DNA of 64,000 nucleotides from Candidatus Omnitrophota bacterium. GTDB taxonomy: Bacteria; Omnitrophota; Gorgyraeia; Gygaellales; Profunditerraquicolaceae. Positions 19,255-29,924 of the stretch are shown piece after piece. Numbering within the stretch: the first letter of the stretch is position 1; each line of letters begins with the position of its first letter. Made by a program: the position numbers and the translations under genes. The notes under the pieces were generated by a model that saw nothing but the letters and a program-made list of their open reading frames with translations, was not told the DNA's origin and searched no databases. Where the stretch lies: assembly GCA_026387335.1 (NCBI GenBank), contig JAPLLX010000003.1, forward strand, positions 10,230 through 74,229. Direction: 5' to 3'.

Positions 19255-20587
19255 CGCTTACCTTTACTATATCTCCGGCGCCTAAAGTAACCAGCAGATC
19301 CCCGGGCTTTATGATTTCTAGAATATGCTGCGCGATTCCTTCTTTAGGAATATAGCGCGTCTCCCTATTTTTTTCCAATGCTTTTATTTTCACGCCTAAG
19401 GCTTGACCGCTCACCCCTTTAATCGGTTGTTCGCTGGCCGCGTAGATATCGGTAATAACCAGATAATCTACGCCGCTAAAACTTTGCGCAAACTCATCTA
19501 AAAGCAATTGCGTGCGGCTATAACGATGCGGCTGAAATACGGCAACCAGCCTTTGAGGATGCAAATTGCTTAAGGCCTTCAGCGTAGCCTTTATCTCCGT
19601 CGGATGATGCGCGTAATCATCAATGACCGTATAATCTTTATTACTAAATTTTATCTCCAGGCGCCGGCGGGAACCTTTAAAACCCAGGAGGGCTTTCTTA
19701 ATAAAACCTAAATCTATTCCCAACTCTAGTCCTAAGGCTATGACCGCAAGCGCGTTTGAAATATTATGTTCGCCTCCTAAGGCCAGATTGAACCTAGCCA
19801 CAAACTTATTTTTATAGATACAATCAAACTCGCTGGCCAAACCGTTGAATTTTATATGCTCAGGATGGATATGCGCGTCTGTATTTAATCCAAACAAAAC
19901 ATATTTTCCCTTATAATCTTGCATAATATTCACCAGGTTAGCATCATCGGCGGAACAAAAAACGCATCCATCAGGACTGGTCATATGGATAAACCGCTTA
20001 AAGGCTTGCACCTCTTTTTCAAAATTCTTGTAATAATCCAGGTGCTCGCGGTCAATATTGGTAACTATGGAATACTTCGGCTTGTAATAAAGAAATGAAC
20101 CGTCGGATTCATCGGCCTCAGCCACGAAAAATTCACCGCTGCCCAGGCAGGCATTAGTCTCTATGTTCTTAAGGATACCTCCTATGGCTACCGTAGGAAA
20201 AAGCCCGGCTTCCAGCAACAAACAGGAAACTAAAGAGGTAGTTGTAGTTTTTCCGTGGCTTCCGGCTACAGTAATCACAGTCTTATCCTGCATAAGCTCG
20301 GCTAAAGCCTGAGCGCGCATAACTAAAGGCAGGCCTTGCTTTCTTGCTTCTACAATTTCAGGATTATCCTTGCCTATGGCCGATGAATAAACAACTACAT
20401 CCGCTCCGTTTATGTTCCCTGAGGCGTGGCCGGAAAAAATTTGCGCTCCCGCTTCTTTTAATCCCTGGGTAATCCGGTTCTCCTTAAGGTCTGAACCGCT
20501 CACTTTATACCCGCTTCTTAAAAGCAACTGCGCGATGCCGCTCATCCCGATCCCGCCGATGCCGATCAAGTGGTAATGTTTTTTCAT
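19220..20587 (-). CDS. murC: UDP-N-acetylmuramate--L-alanine ligase
   Basis: 455 aa Mur ligase (IGIGGIGMSGIA, GSHGKTTTT). Confidence 0.9.
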   Translation of the reverse strand: MKKHYHLIGIGGIGMSGIAQLLLRSGYKVSGSDLKENRITQGLKEAGAQIFSGHASGNINGADVVVYSSAIGKDNPEIVEARKQGLPLVMRAQALAELMQDKTVITVAGSHGKTTTTSLVSCLLLEAGLFPTVAIGGILKNIETNACLGSGEFFVAEADESDGSFLYYKPKYSIVTNIDREHLDYYKNFEKEVQAFKRFIHMTSPDGCVFCSADDANLVNIMQDYKGKYVLFGLNTDAHIHPEHIKFNGLASEFDCIYKNKFVARFNLALGGEHNISNALAVIALGLELGIDLGFIKKALLGFKGSRRRLEIKFSNKDYTVIDDYAHHPTEIKATLKALSNLHPQRLVAVFQPHRYSRTQLLLDEFAQSFSGVDYLVITDIYAASEQPIKGVSGQALGVKIKALEKNRETRYIPKEGIAQHILEIIKPGDLLVTLGAGDIVKVSDELAERIKSQG

Positions 20588-21669
20588 TTTAGAGCTAACG
20601 CCGCCTCCACCAACAAATCATCCGCTTTAAGCACGCTTAATTCCGCAAAGCCTGAACACATGGCCTTTAGTTTCTCCCGGTTATTGATTATTGATTCCAG
20701 CGCCGAAACGAATATATCCTTATCCAACTCCTCATCCATTATCAGGACCGCGCAGCCTTTTTCTTTTAAAACTTTGGCATTTTCAAGCTGGTGAGCATAG
20801 GCGTAAGGATATGGCGAGATTATCGCCGGAAGCTTAAAATATATCAACTCGGATACAGTAGTCGCTCCGGCGCGCGATATAACCAAATCAGCAGCGCTAT
20901 AAGCCTGCTCCATCTGGTTAAAAAAATCAAAGACCCTGGCGCTTATATTCATCCTGGCGTAGGCCTGCTTGATTTCTTCCAGGCTTCCGGCTCCTGCCAG
21001 ATGGATAACCTGTATCGCGCCAGCATTTTTTAATAAAGATACGGCCCTAAGAAATCCTGTATTAATATTCCGGCTCCCCTGGCTTCCGCCCATCACCAAT
21101 AGCGTAAACTTATCCTTACTTAATCCTAAGAGATTGAGCGCCTGGACTTGATCAATTATTTTCAGGGATTTACGCAAAGGGTTTCCCGTAAGCGCTAACT
21201 TTTGCCGATTTATATTAAGATAATCCTTGGTCTTCAGAAAAGAAACAGCGCAGCGGTCCGCGAAGTGCGCCATTAATCTGTTGGCCCTGCCGGGCAAAAC
21301 ATTCTGCTCATGAATCAGAGTTTTAATCCTGAAAATCCAGGAAAAAAATAAACAGGGGGCGCTCTCCAGGGTCCCGAAGCCAACCACGATATCCGGCTTA
21401 AATTTAAGAATGATGATCAGGCTCTCCCATATCCCTTTGATAAACATGCCGGCAGCAATTAAATTAGCGGAACTAATCTTCAAAGATACGGCTAAAGTAG
21501 AGGTATATCTGACATTACAATCGTTAAGCGCAATCCCCGACTTAAGGCTTCTTCCGGGTAAGACCAGAAGCGTATCCACATCCTTAAGCTTCTCTTTTAA
21601 AGCCTGGATGAAACTGACCGCCGGGAAGATGTGCCCGCCGCTGGCGCCGGTGACTACTAAAACTCGCAT
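20584..21669 (-). CDS. murG: UDP-GlcNAc:undecaprenyl-PP-MurNAc-pentapeptide GlcNAc transferase
   Basis: 361 aa GT28 protein. N-terminus TGASGGHIFPA and position are typical. Confidence 0.88.
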   Translation of the reverse strand: MRVLVVTGASGGHIFPAVSFIQALKEKLKDVDTLLVLPGRSLKSGIALNDCNVRYTSTLAVSLKISSANLIAAGMFIKGIWESLIIILKFKPDIVVGFGTLESAPCLFFSWIFRIKTLIHEQNVLPGRANRLMAHFADRCAVSFLKTKDYLNINRQKLALTGNPLRKSLKIIDQVQALNLLGLSKDKFTLLVMGGSQGSRNINTGFLRAVSLLKNAGAIQVIHLAGAGSLEEIKQAYARMNISARVFDFFNQMEQAYSAADLVISRAGATTVSELIYFKLPAIISPYPYAYAHQLENAKVLKEKGCAVLIMDEELDKDIFVSALESIINNREKLKAMCSGFAELSVLKADDLLVEAALALK

Positions 21670-22694
21670 TATGGATACTCTCCTGTGCGGGCGATATTCA
21701 CCAATATCCCCACACTGACCATATCAAATATGAATGATGAGCCTCCGTAACTGATAAAAGGCAACGGCAGGCCCTTGGTCGGCAGGACCCCGCAGGATAC
21801 CCCTATATTTATCACCGCCCTAAAAGCTATCATCGTCACCAGCCCCAGGGCCAGAAAATAACCGAATTTATCCGGGGTGTTCTTGATCACCTTGATCCCC
21901 TGCTGGATGAAAATAATAAAAAGAATTATCACGCCGATAGTGCCTAACAATCCCAGCTCTTCTCCGATAATGGAGAAGATAAAATCCGTGTGCGCGGCGG
22001 GAAGATAAAATAATTTTTGTTTGGAGTGGCCCAGCCCCACGCCGAATATGCCTCCGGAGCCTAAAGCTACCTGCGATTGGATTATCTGAAAACCGCTTCC
22101 AAAGTAGAGCGCAGGCAGGCTGCATAGAATCAAGGATAAGATATAAACAGGCCGCACTCCCGCTACAAAGAGCATAGCCAAAACCACAGCCCCTATGGCT
22201 ATGGTGCTTCCCAGATCCGGCTGCACTATAATAAGTACGGCGCACAGCCCCAGGGCGCACATCGGCGGCAGGAAGCCTTTAAAAAAAGTTTTAATCAGGT
22301 TCCCTTTGCGGGATATAAAATCCGCGACATAAATAATAATGGCTAAGTTGGCCAGTTCTGAGGGCTGAAAACTTATAAATTTAAATCTGAACCAGCGGCG
22401 CGCGCCGCTCACTTCCCTGCCTAGGCCCGGGATTAAAACCAGGACCAGCAGGATTATAGAAATAATCAGCAGCGGTCGGGCATATGCCTTAAGTTTATGG
22501 TAATCAATACTCATAAAGAAAAAAGTCAGGAGGGCGCCGATAAGCATAAAGATAAGATGCCTCTTCAAAAAGAAAAAACCATCCTTATACCTCTCCCAGG
22601 CATAAATACTGGAGGAGCTGTAAATCATCACAACGCCGATACACATAAGGATCACCGCGACGGTAAATAAACTTATTCTGATATTACGGACCAT
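21669..22694 (-). CDS. ftsW: Cell division SEDS protein FtsW
   Basis: 341 aa polytopic membrane protein with SEDS signatures. Confidence 0.85.
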   Translation of the reverse strand: MVRNIRISLFTVAVILMCIGVVMIYSSSSIYAWERYKDGFFFLKRHLIFMLIGALLTFFFMSIDYHKLKAYARPLLIISIILLVLVLIPGLGREVSGARRWFRFKFISFQPSELANLAIIIYVADFISRKGNLIKTFFKGFLPPMCALGLCAVLIIVQPDLGSTIAIGAVVLAMLFVAGVRPVYILSLILCSLPALYFGSGFQIIQSQVALGSGGIFGVGLGHSKQKLFYLPAAHTDFIFSIIGEELGLLGTIGVIILFIIFIQQGIKVIKNTPDKFGYFLALGLVTMIAFRAVINIGVSCGVLPTKGLPLPFISYGGSSFIFDMVSVGILVNIARTGEYP

Positions 22695-22699
22695 GCGTT

Positions 22700-23959
22700 T
22701 TAATCCTTAGCTATCTTTAAGACCAGACTCTTAAAGATTCTTCCTCTCTCTTCGTAGTCGGAAAACATATCAAAACTCTTGCACATCGGCGAAAATAAGA
22801 CACAATCTCCCGGAACCGCCAAGTTATAAGCTTTTTTTACCGCTTCTTCCAGGGTCACTGCTTCCTCCAGGCGGATCTCTCCGGAAAAGGCCTTCTTTAT
22901 TTTTTCCTTGGCTTCTCCGATAAGGATAGCCACCTTGACTTTTTTCCGCGCCAACTCCAGGACCGAGTTATAATCATTGCCTTTTTCCCTGCCGCCGGCA
23001 ATTAAAACCACCGGAACGGATAAATTATTCAGGGCCCAGAGAGCGGCTTCGGTAGTCGTAGATTTGGAATCGTTGATAAATTTTACCCCCTTTATTTCCA
23101 GCACTTCTTCCATACGGTGCTCAACACCCTTAAATTCGTTAAAGACCTGCCTGACTAAATCTTTGCTTATACCCAATATGGAAGCTACTTCTAACACCGC
23201 CGACTGATTAGGATTTAGACCAGCGGCTTTACGAAAATAAATCACTTTTGCTTTTGTCTCGCAGGCTATAGCCCGGATTACCGAGTCATCATAATTTAAA
23301 ACCAGGAAGTCCGCGGCGTCCTGATTTTTGAATATGCGTTTCTTGGCGTTAAGATAATCTTGCATATCCTTATAACGGTCCAGATGGTTACGGCTTAAGT
23401 TCAGTATAACGGAAATCTTAGGCTTAAATGTATCTATATTTTCCAGTTGAAAAGAGCTTACCTCCAATGAAACAAAATCCCCTGACTTTAATCTATCTAT
23501 TTCTGAACAAAATGGCTTTCCGATATTGCCGCAAGTCACCGCCTTCTTGCCGGCGGCTTTAAGGATTTTACCGATGAGGGTGGTGACCGTAGTCTTACCG
23601 TTGGTCCCGGTTATCGCGATAACTTCTGCGGGGCACAAGCTCCAACCCAACTCAATCTCACTGATTACCGGAATATTCTCCTCTTTAGCCCAAAGAACAG
23701 GTAAGGACTCGTTCGGGACTCCGGGAGAAATAACCACTAAATCCTTACTCCTGACCAATCCTCGGGAATGCCGGCCCAATTCTACTTTTATATCTTTTGA
23801 TTTTAATAAATTTAAATTACGGCGGGTGGAAGCATTATCCTGATTATCGGTTACCAAAACTTCTGCCCCCAGCCCATAAAGGAGATTTGCGCAAGCAAGC
23901 CCGCTGCGGGCAAAACCGATAACAAGGATTTTCTTAGCCCTAAAATAATCTTTATCCAT
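22700..23959 (-). CDS. murD: UDP-N-acetylmuramoylalanine--D-glutamate ligase
   Basis: 419 aa Mur ligase (GTNGKTT). Confidence 0.88.
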   Translation of the reverse strand: MDKDYFRAKKILVIGFARSGLACANLLYGLGAEVLVTDNQDNASTRRNLNLLKSKDIKVELGRHSRGLVRSKDLVVISPGVPNESLPVLWAKEENIPVISEIELGWSLCPAEVIAITGTNGKTTVTTLIGKILKAAGKKAVTCGNIGKPFCSEIDRLKSGDFVSLEVSSFQLENIDTFKPKISVILNLSRNHLDRYKDMQDYLNAKKRIFKNQDAADFLVLNYDDSVIRAIACETKAKVIYFRKAAGLNPNQSAVLEVASILGISKDLVRQVFNEFKGVEHRMEEVLEIKGVKFINDSKSTTTEAALWALNNLSVPVVLIAGGREKGNDYNSVLELARKKVKVAILIGEAKEKIKKAFSGEIRLEEAVTLEEAVKKAYNLAVPGDCVLFSPMCKSFDMFSDYEERGRIFKSLVLKIAKD

Positions 23960-23980
23960 AATATGAAGGTGCGTAGCGTA

Positions 23981-25069
23981 CTAGCGGATTTTTAAGGTTA
24001 CTATTGTCAGGAGCGCTAAGAGGGCCGCGATTATCCAAAACCTGACAATAACCTTATTCTCCGGCCAGTTAAGGAACTGAAAATGGTGATGCAGCGGCGC
24101 GATCTTAAAAATACGTTTCCGGGTCAGGCGGAATGACCCCACCTGCAAAATCACGGATAACGCCTCAACTACAAATATTCCGCCTACAATAACCAAAAGT
24201 ATCTCTTTACGGATCAAGAGTGCCACTGTGCCTAAGGCTCCGCCTAAAGCTAACGACCCGACATCTCCCATGATAACCGACGCCGGATAACAATTAAACC
24301 ACAAGAATCCTAAACCCGCTCCCAGTATGCTTGCGCAAAATACCGTAAGTTCTCCGCTCCCTTTAATATAAGGGACCAGCAAATACTCACTCAGTTTTAT
24401 GTTCCCTGAAACGTAGCACAAAATACTGAAAGCTAAAGCCACCATGACTACAATACCGATAGCCAGGCCATCCAAACCGTCAGTAAGATTTACCGCGTTA
24501 GAAGTCCCGGCCAAAACTAAAATAACAAAGATTACGTAAAGCCCGTCTAAATCCAAAGCCAGGTCTTTTATAAAAGGAACATCCAGTTTTAAGCTGTTCT
24601 GAAAGTAGACCAGGAAAATAATCCCGAGAATCAAGCCCAAAACAATCTGGCTGGTAATCTTGGCTTTGACGCTTAATCCTTTGGATTTATTTTTTATCTG
24701 TTTTAGGTAATCGTCGGCAAAACCGGTGACCCCCAGCCAGATGGTGCTAAAAAGGACTACCCAGATATATTTGTTGGACATATCCGACCATAAAAGAGTG
24801 GAGCCAATCACCGCCGCCAAAATCATCAGCCCGCCCATAGTCGGGGTATCGGTTTTAGAGCGGTGCAGATCATCCAGCTTTAAACTATCCCCTTTATTAA
24901 TTTTAACTCCGACCTTAAGCGTCCTTAATTTTCGGATTACTAACGGCCCAAATACGAGACTGATGATAAAACTGGTAAGCACGGCCATGCCTGCCCGGAA
25001 AGTAATGTAGCGGAAAATATTAAAAGCGGAGAATATATCGTGGAGCGGATAAAGTAAATTATACAACAT
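23981..25069 (-). CDS. mraY: Phospho-N-acetylmuramoyl-pentapeptide transferase
   Basis: 362 aa polytopic membrane protein with the MraY pattern. Confidence 0.88.
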   Translation of the reverse strand: MLYNLLYPLHDIFSAFNIFRYITFRAGMAVLTSFIISLVFGPLVIRKLRTLKVGVKINKGDSLKLDDLHRSKTDTPTMGGLMILAAVIGSTLLWSDMSNKYIWVVLFSTIWLGVTGFADDYLKQIKNKSKGLSVKAKITSQIVLGLILGIIFLVYFQNSLKLDVPFIKDLALDLDGLYVIFVILVLAGTSNAVNLTDGLDGLAIGIVVMVALAFSILCYVSGNIKLSEYLLVPYIKGSGELTVFCASILGAGLGFLWFNCYPASVIMGDVGSLALGGALGTVALLIRKEILLVIVGGIFVVEALSVILQVGSFRLTRKRIFKIAPLHHHFQFLNWPENKVIVRFWIIAALLALLTIVTLKIR

Positions 25070-26416
25070 CTATATTTTAAAGACCTCTTCCATCTTCATC
25101 CCGCGGGAGCCCTTAACCAAAACAATATCGTCGGGATCTACACCCACCTTTCTCAACAGTAGATCCCTGGCTTCAGATGAAGTCGCGCAAGTAAATATAT
25201 TATTTTTTAACTTAAAGTTTTTGCCTAAACATCCTTTAGTCTCTGCGCCTACGGTTATTAACGTATCCGCGTGCTTAAGCGCTTCTTTTAACGCCTGTCT
25301 ATGCAATTGTCTGCTTAAACCCCCTAACTCCAGCATATCACCCATAACCAAAATCTTTTTACCTTTTACGGAAATATTTTCTAAAACCCCTAATGCCTGC
25401 CGCATTGAAAGAGGATTAGAATTATACGTGTCATCAATAAACCTTATCCCCTTTATTTTTATAAGATTAAGCCGGCCTTTAGGCAAGCTAAACTTGGCTA
25501 AATTGGCTGAAATCTCGCTGTATCCTAAACCAAAGATCCTACCTACTGCTATAGCCAAAAGGCTATTATAGATATTATAATACCCTAACGTGTTTAATGC
25601 AAATCTAAATCTCTTATTTACCGCAAAGCCAGGCTTAGCGGAAATGTATTTAATATCGGAAGCAAAAAAATCGCTTTTCTTCTTTAGGCCCACCCCAATA
25701 ACAAAAGGCTTATTTCTTAATTTTAGCGCCTCTTTCCTTAAAAATTTATCATCCGCATTCAATATGGCGATAGCCGGGTGGCTAAGCTTATTTATCAGGG
25801 TAGCTTTCTCCTTAAATACCCCGTTTAAGTCCTTAAAATATTCCAGGTGCGACGCTCCGATATTAGTGATGACCCCGATATTCGCTTGAGCTATCCCGCT
25901 AAGATATTCTACCTCCCCGAAATGGTTCGTCCCTATCTCTAAAACTACTGCCTCGACCGAACTATCCAGCTTAAGCAATGTCCAGGGAAGCCCGATATGA
26001 TTATTCTTGGTCCCCTCATTCTTAAGTACCTTAAATTTACTGGAAAGGACGCAGGCGATCATCTCCTTAGCCGTAGTCTTGCCATTAGAACCGCTGACCG
26101 CGATGACCGGAATATGACCAAACCTATTGCGGTTAAAGCGGGCAATATCCCCCAGGGCCTTAGTTGTATCTTTAACCTTAATAAAAACCGCTTGAGACTT
26201 TTTTTCTCCTCTCTGGGAGATTATACAACTGGCGCCTTTCTGAATAACTTCCGCGATAAAATCGTGGCCGTCAAACTTTTCTCCTTTAATAGCGATAAAG
26301 GCTTCCCCGCGTTTTAGGCTGCGCGAATCTATCGAGAAGGACTTAACGCCGATATCCGCGTTGCCCGATATAAGCTTGCCCCCCGTCGCTTCTAATAACT
26401 CAGGGATTTTAAACAT
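25070..26416 (-). CDS. murF: UDP-MurNAc-tripeptide--D-Ala-D-Ala ligase
   Basis: 448 aa Mur ligase (GSNGKTT). Confidence 0.85.
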   Translation of the reverse strand: MFKIPELLEATGGKLISGNADIGVKSFSIDSRSLKRGEAFIAIKGEKFDGHDFIAEVIQKGASCIISQRGEKKSQAVFIKVKDTTKALGDIARFNRNRFGHIPVIAVSGSNGKTTAKEMIACVLSSKFKVLKNEGTKNNHIGLPWTLLKLDSSVEAVVLEIGTNHFGEVEYLSGIAQANIGVITNIGASHLEYFKDLNGVFKEKATLINKLSHPAIAILNADDKFLRKEALKLRNKPFVIGVGLKKKSDFFASDIKYISAKPGFAVNKRFRFALNTLGYYNIYNSLLAIAVGRIFGLGYSEISANLAKFSLPKGRLNLIKIKGIRFIDDTYNSNPLSMRQALGVLENISVKGKKILVMGDMLELGGLSRQLHRQALKEALKHADTLITVGAETKGCLGKNFKLKNNIFTCATSSEARDLLLRKVGVDPDDIVLVKGSRGMKMEEVFKI

Positions 26417-27828
26417 GCCCTAACTTCCTCCCGGTCATCAAAATGTATTCTCTTATCACTGAATATCTGATAATTCTCATGGCCCTTACCGGCCAACAAC
26501 ACGATATCGCCGGGCCTGGCCAGGGATATAGACTTCCTTATGGCTGCTCTCCTTTGCGGTATTACACAATAATTATTCTTTTTTATCCCTTTCAAGATAT
26601 CCCTGACTATAGCCAAAGGTTTCTCTGAGCGGGGATTATCACTGGTGATCACCGCGAAGTCCGACAGCGTAGTTACGACCCTCCCCATTTTCGGGCGCTT
26701 AAGTTTATCCCTCTGGCCTCCGCAGCCAAAAAGAGTAATGATCCTATTCGGCGACAACTGCCTTAAGGCCTGCAAAACATTCTTCAGCGCGTCAGCGGTA
26801 TGCGCGTAATCCACAAAAACAGAGAATCCCTTTTTAGATTTTATGCGCTCAAGCCTTCCGGGGACTAAAAGAAATCCTTCCAACGCGGATTTAATTATTT
26901 TTAAGCTTAGCCCCTCCCGGATCCCCCAGCTGGCCGCAGCTAATATATTGTAAACATTGTGCCTTCCGATTAAATTTATCCTGAATCTTGTTTCTCTGCC
27001 CGAAAATGAAAGATCAAATTCGGTATGCCGAACGTCAAATTTTATATTTTTAGCTTGCACATCCGCTTTATTCTTTATCCCATAAGTAATAATTTTTGCG
27101 CGGGTGAGCTTTTTAAGAATACCGGCATATTTATCATCATTATTGATCACTACGAATGACTTCGGGGCCATCCGCTTAAAAAGTTTTGCCTTAGCCGCAA
27201 AATAGCGCTTAATGGTTTTATGGTAATCCAGGTGGTCCTGGGTTAAGTTCGTGAATATCGCCGAATGAAAATTTATCGCCGCGACCCTATCCTGGTCCAG
27301 GGCGTGCGAAGAAACCTCCATTACCGCGTAACCAACACCTTCCTTAAGCATTCTGGCAAGCATTGACTGAATATCCAGCGGGCCGGGAGTCGTATTCTTG
27401 GCCGGGATCACTGTATTCTTAAAACGGTGATTGATCGTCCCGATAACGCCGGCGGATAATCCGGCTTTTCTCAATAACGCTTCCAGCAGATAGGTAATAG
27501 TCGTTTTGCCGTTAGTGCCGGTGATCCCGGCGACTTTTAACTTTTGCGAGGGATTTTTATAAAAAGAGGCGGCTAATTCCGCCAGCGCCCGGCGCGGGTC
27601 TTTGACTTTTATAAATGAAACTGATTTTAAACCGCTGGTTTTGACTCTGGCGTCGCAGACCATAAACCTGGCGCCTTTTTCTATCGCCGCATTAATAAAT
27701 CTGTTTCCGTCAGCCTTTGACCCTTTTACAGCCACAAAAATGAAATTTTTCCGGACCAGCCCGGAATTATCGCTTATTCCGCGAACTTTACGCTTTTCTA
27801 TGATTTTAATCAGCTCTTCTATTCGCAT
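26392..27828 (-). CDS. murE: UDP-MurNAc-L-Ala-D-Glu--2,6-diaminopimelate ligase
   Basis: 478 aa Mur ligase (GTNGKTT). Confidence 0.85.
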   Translation of the reverse strand: MRIEELIKIIEKRKVRGISDNSGLVRKNFIFVAVKGSKADGNRFINAAIEKGARFMVCDARVKTSGLKSVSFIKVKDPRRALAELAASFYKNPSQKLKVAGITGTNGKTTITYLLEALLRKAGLSAGVIGTINHRFKNTVIPAKNTTPGPLDIQSMLARMLKEGVGYAVMEVSSHALDQDRVAAINFHSAIFTNLTQDHLDYHKTIKRYFAAKAKLFKRMAPKSFVVINNDDKYAGILKKLTRAKIITYGIKNKADVQAKNIKFDVRHTEFDLSFSGRETRFRINLIGRHNVYNILAAASWGIREGLSLKIIKSALEGFLLVPGRLERIKSKKGFSVFVDYAHTADALKNVLQALRQLSPNRIITLFGCGGQRDKLKRPKMGRVVTTLSDFAVITSDNPRSEKPLAIVRDILKGIKKNNYCVIPQRRAAIRKSISLARPGDIVLLAGKGHENYQIFSDKRIHFDDREEVRACLKSLSY

Positions 27829-29530
27829 TTAACTTTAAATCCGCGGTTAAAGCCTGCTTGGCCTTTAAATACTTAATAATATCTTCGGCAGCCTTTCTAA
27901 AAACCGGGGCAGCGACCACGCCTCCGTAATAATACGGATGCGGCTCATCAATTGAAACTACAATCGTAACCAAAGGGTCTTCTGCGGGAGCAAAACCTAC
28001 AAAAGAACCTACGAATTTATTATGTGAATACGCGCCGTTGGGGTCTAACTTTTGGGCTGTGCCGGTCTTTCCGGCAGAAGTAATCCCGGGAATCTGGGCC
28101 ATCCTTCCGGTCCCTTCCTCCACTACCCCGGTAAGCATTTTAGTCATCCTGGCGGCGGTATCTAAAGATAATACTTTACGGATCAATTGGGACGATGTTT
28201 TCTTGATTACCTCTCCCTGCTTATCGCGGATCTCATCTATGACATAGGGCTTCATCAACTGGCCGCCATTAGCGATTACCGACATAGCGCTGGCTAATTG
28301 TAGCGCTGTTACCCCGACCTCCTGGCCTATAGGTATTGCCCCTATGGAAGTCTTGGACCAGTAACGCGGCTCTTTAATCATCCCGGATATTTCTCCGGGC
28401 AGGTCTATACCCGATTTTGAGCCAAATCCAAATAATTTTACATATTTATAGACAATGTCGGGCCCGAGCAGTTGGGCGATTTTTGTCGTTCCGATATTGC
28501 TTGATTCTTCTATTACTTCCCTGAAAGTAAGCCAACCGTGTGGCGTATGGTCATGTAAAATGTGGTTAGCGACCCGATAAGTGCCGTTTTCGCAGAAAAA
28601 CCTATCCTCCTCACTGACTCTTTTTTCTTCCAAAGCGGCTGAAGCGGTAATGATTTTGAATACTGAACCCGGCTCGAATAAATCGCAAATGGAGCGGTTA
28701 CGTTTGTCATCTTTGCTTACCTCGCTATGTTCATTTAAATCATATGAAGGACGGTTAGCTAAAGCCAGGATGCGGCCGGTGTGCGGATCCATGACAATTA
28801 TACATGCCCCTTTAGCATGAAAGGTTTTAAAAGCTTTATCCAGTTCGCGTTCGGCTATATACTGGACTACTTGATCAATAGTCAAAACTATATCCTGGCC
28901 GTCCTTAGGCGGGATCATTCTTTCCCAGATATCCAGCTTCTTCTGCCGCGCGTCCCTTAAAAATACGGCCCAACCGGGTGAGCCTTTTAAATATTTATCC
29001 AGATAAAGCTCAATACCTTCCAAGCCCGTATTATCCAGACCGGCAAAACCGATTATTTGAGCCGCCAGATAAGTATTCGGATAGCTGCGTTTATTCTCCC
29101 GCAAAAAGCCCAACCCTTTGATGTTTAATCTTTTTATCGCTTCTGCCTGCTGAGGGGTTATTTTACGCGCCAACCAGACAAAGGATTTCTTGCGGGATAA
29201 CCTCTCCCTTAAATAATCCCGGTTTAAATTTAATATTCCGCTCAGTTGATTGATGATTTGAACTTTCGCGCTCTCCTTGAGGCTATTGGGAGAAGCGTAA
29301 AGCGAATCCACCGGTAAATTTAAAGTCTGCGGCTTTAAATTACAATCATAGATGACGCCGCGCAGAGGCTCTAATTCTACAAAGAAATTATGCTGTTTTC
29401 TGGCGATATCCGCCAAGTAGCTGGAATTAAAGAATTGTATATAGAGGAGACGCGCAATGCAGAAGATTAAAAAGGAAAGGAAAAATAAAAATACCGCCTC
29501 GCTCTTGCGGCGATAATTGCTTATATACAC
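27806..29530 (-). CDS. ftsI: Division-specific transpeptidase FtsI (PBP3)
   Basis: 574 aa with an N-terminal TM segment, PBP dimerisation domain and transpeptidase motifs (SVFK, KTGT). Confidence 0.85.
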   Translation of the reverse strand: MYISNYRRKSEAVFLFFLSFLIFCIARLLYIQFFNSSYLADIARKQHNFFVELEPLRGVIYDCNLKPQTLNLPVDSLYASPNSLKESAKVQIINQLSGILNLNRDYLRERLSRKKSFVWLARKITPQQAEAIKRLNIKGLGFLRENKRSYPNTYLAAQIIGFAGLDNTGLEGIELYLDKYLKGSPGWAVFLRDARQKKLDIWERMIPPKDGQDIVLTIDQVVQYIAERELDKAFKTFHAKGACIIVMDPHTGRILALANRPSYDLNEHSEVSKDDKRNRSICDLFEPGSVFKIITASAALEEKRVSEEDRFFCENGTYRVANHILHDHTPHGWLTFREVIEESSNIGTTKIAQLLGPDIVYKYVKLFGFGSKSGIDLPGEISGMIKEPRYWSKTSIGAIPIGQEVGVTALQLASAMSVIANGGQLMKPYVIDEIRDKQGEVIKKTSSQLIRKVLSLDTAARMTKMLTGVVEEGTGRMAQIPGITSAGKTGTAQKLDPNGAYSHNKFVGSFVGFAPAEDPLVTIVVSIDEPHPYYYGGVVAAPVFRKAAEDIIKYLKAKQALTADLKLNANRRAD

Positions 29531-29551
29531 ATTAAGTTTTGATTAAAAAAT

Positions 29552-29920
29552 CTATGGGTTGATTGTCCTGGCTTCAGCCTGCCTTTTTATACCGAAGACA
29601 CGCGACAACAGGGTTTCTTTATTCGCTGAACCTTGCGCAAAAGTCAAACCTTCTTTAGAAGGGACCAAACGGACCAACTGGTATCTATCCGGCATCTGAA
29701 AATCTGAATGGTTAGAAACACTGCCTCCGATATTGACCAGAGAACAATTCTTTTCAATATTATATCTTAAAATACTGTTTTTATCCAATAATACCTGAAA
29801 AACCGCGTGCTGCTTTTGTTCAGCGTAGGCAAACCTTAAGATCTCCGTCTGCTGATAAACATAAAGCAGCGAAAAGAGCGTTACGCAGATAACCATCGAT
29901 AGGAATTTATTCAGCCTCAT
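29552..29920 (-). CDS. ftsL: Putative cell division protein FtsL
   Basis: 122 aa bitopic protein in the conserved slot between rsmH and ftsI. Sequence is divergent. Confidence 0.5.
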   Translation of the reverse strand: MRLNKFLSMVICVTLFSLLYVYQQTEILRFAYAEQKQHAVFQVLLDKNSILRYNIEKNCSLVNIGGSVSNHSDFQMPDRYQLVRLVPSKEGLTFAQGSANKETLLSRVFGIKRQAEARTINP

Positions 29921-29924
29921 ACTT

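Noticed and set aside
21868-22260. 130-aa minus-strand ORF nested inside ftsW in another frame
   Set aside because: It is Arg/Gly/His-rich with low-complexity composition and lies entirely within the conserved ftsW coding region. It is an alternative-frame artefact.
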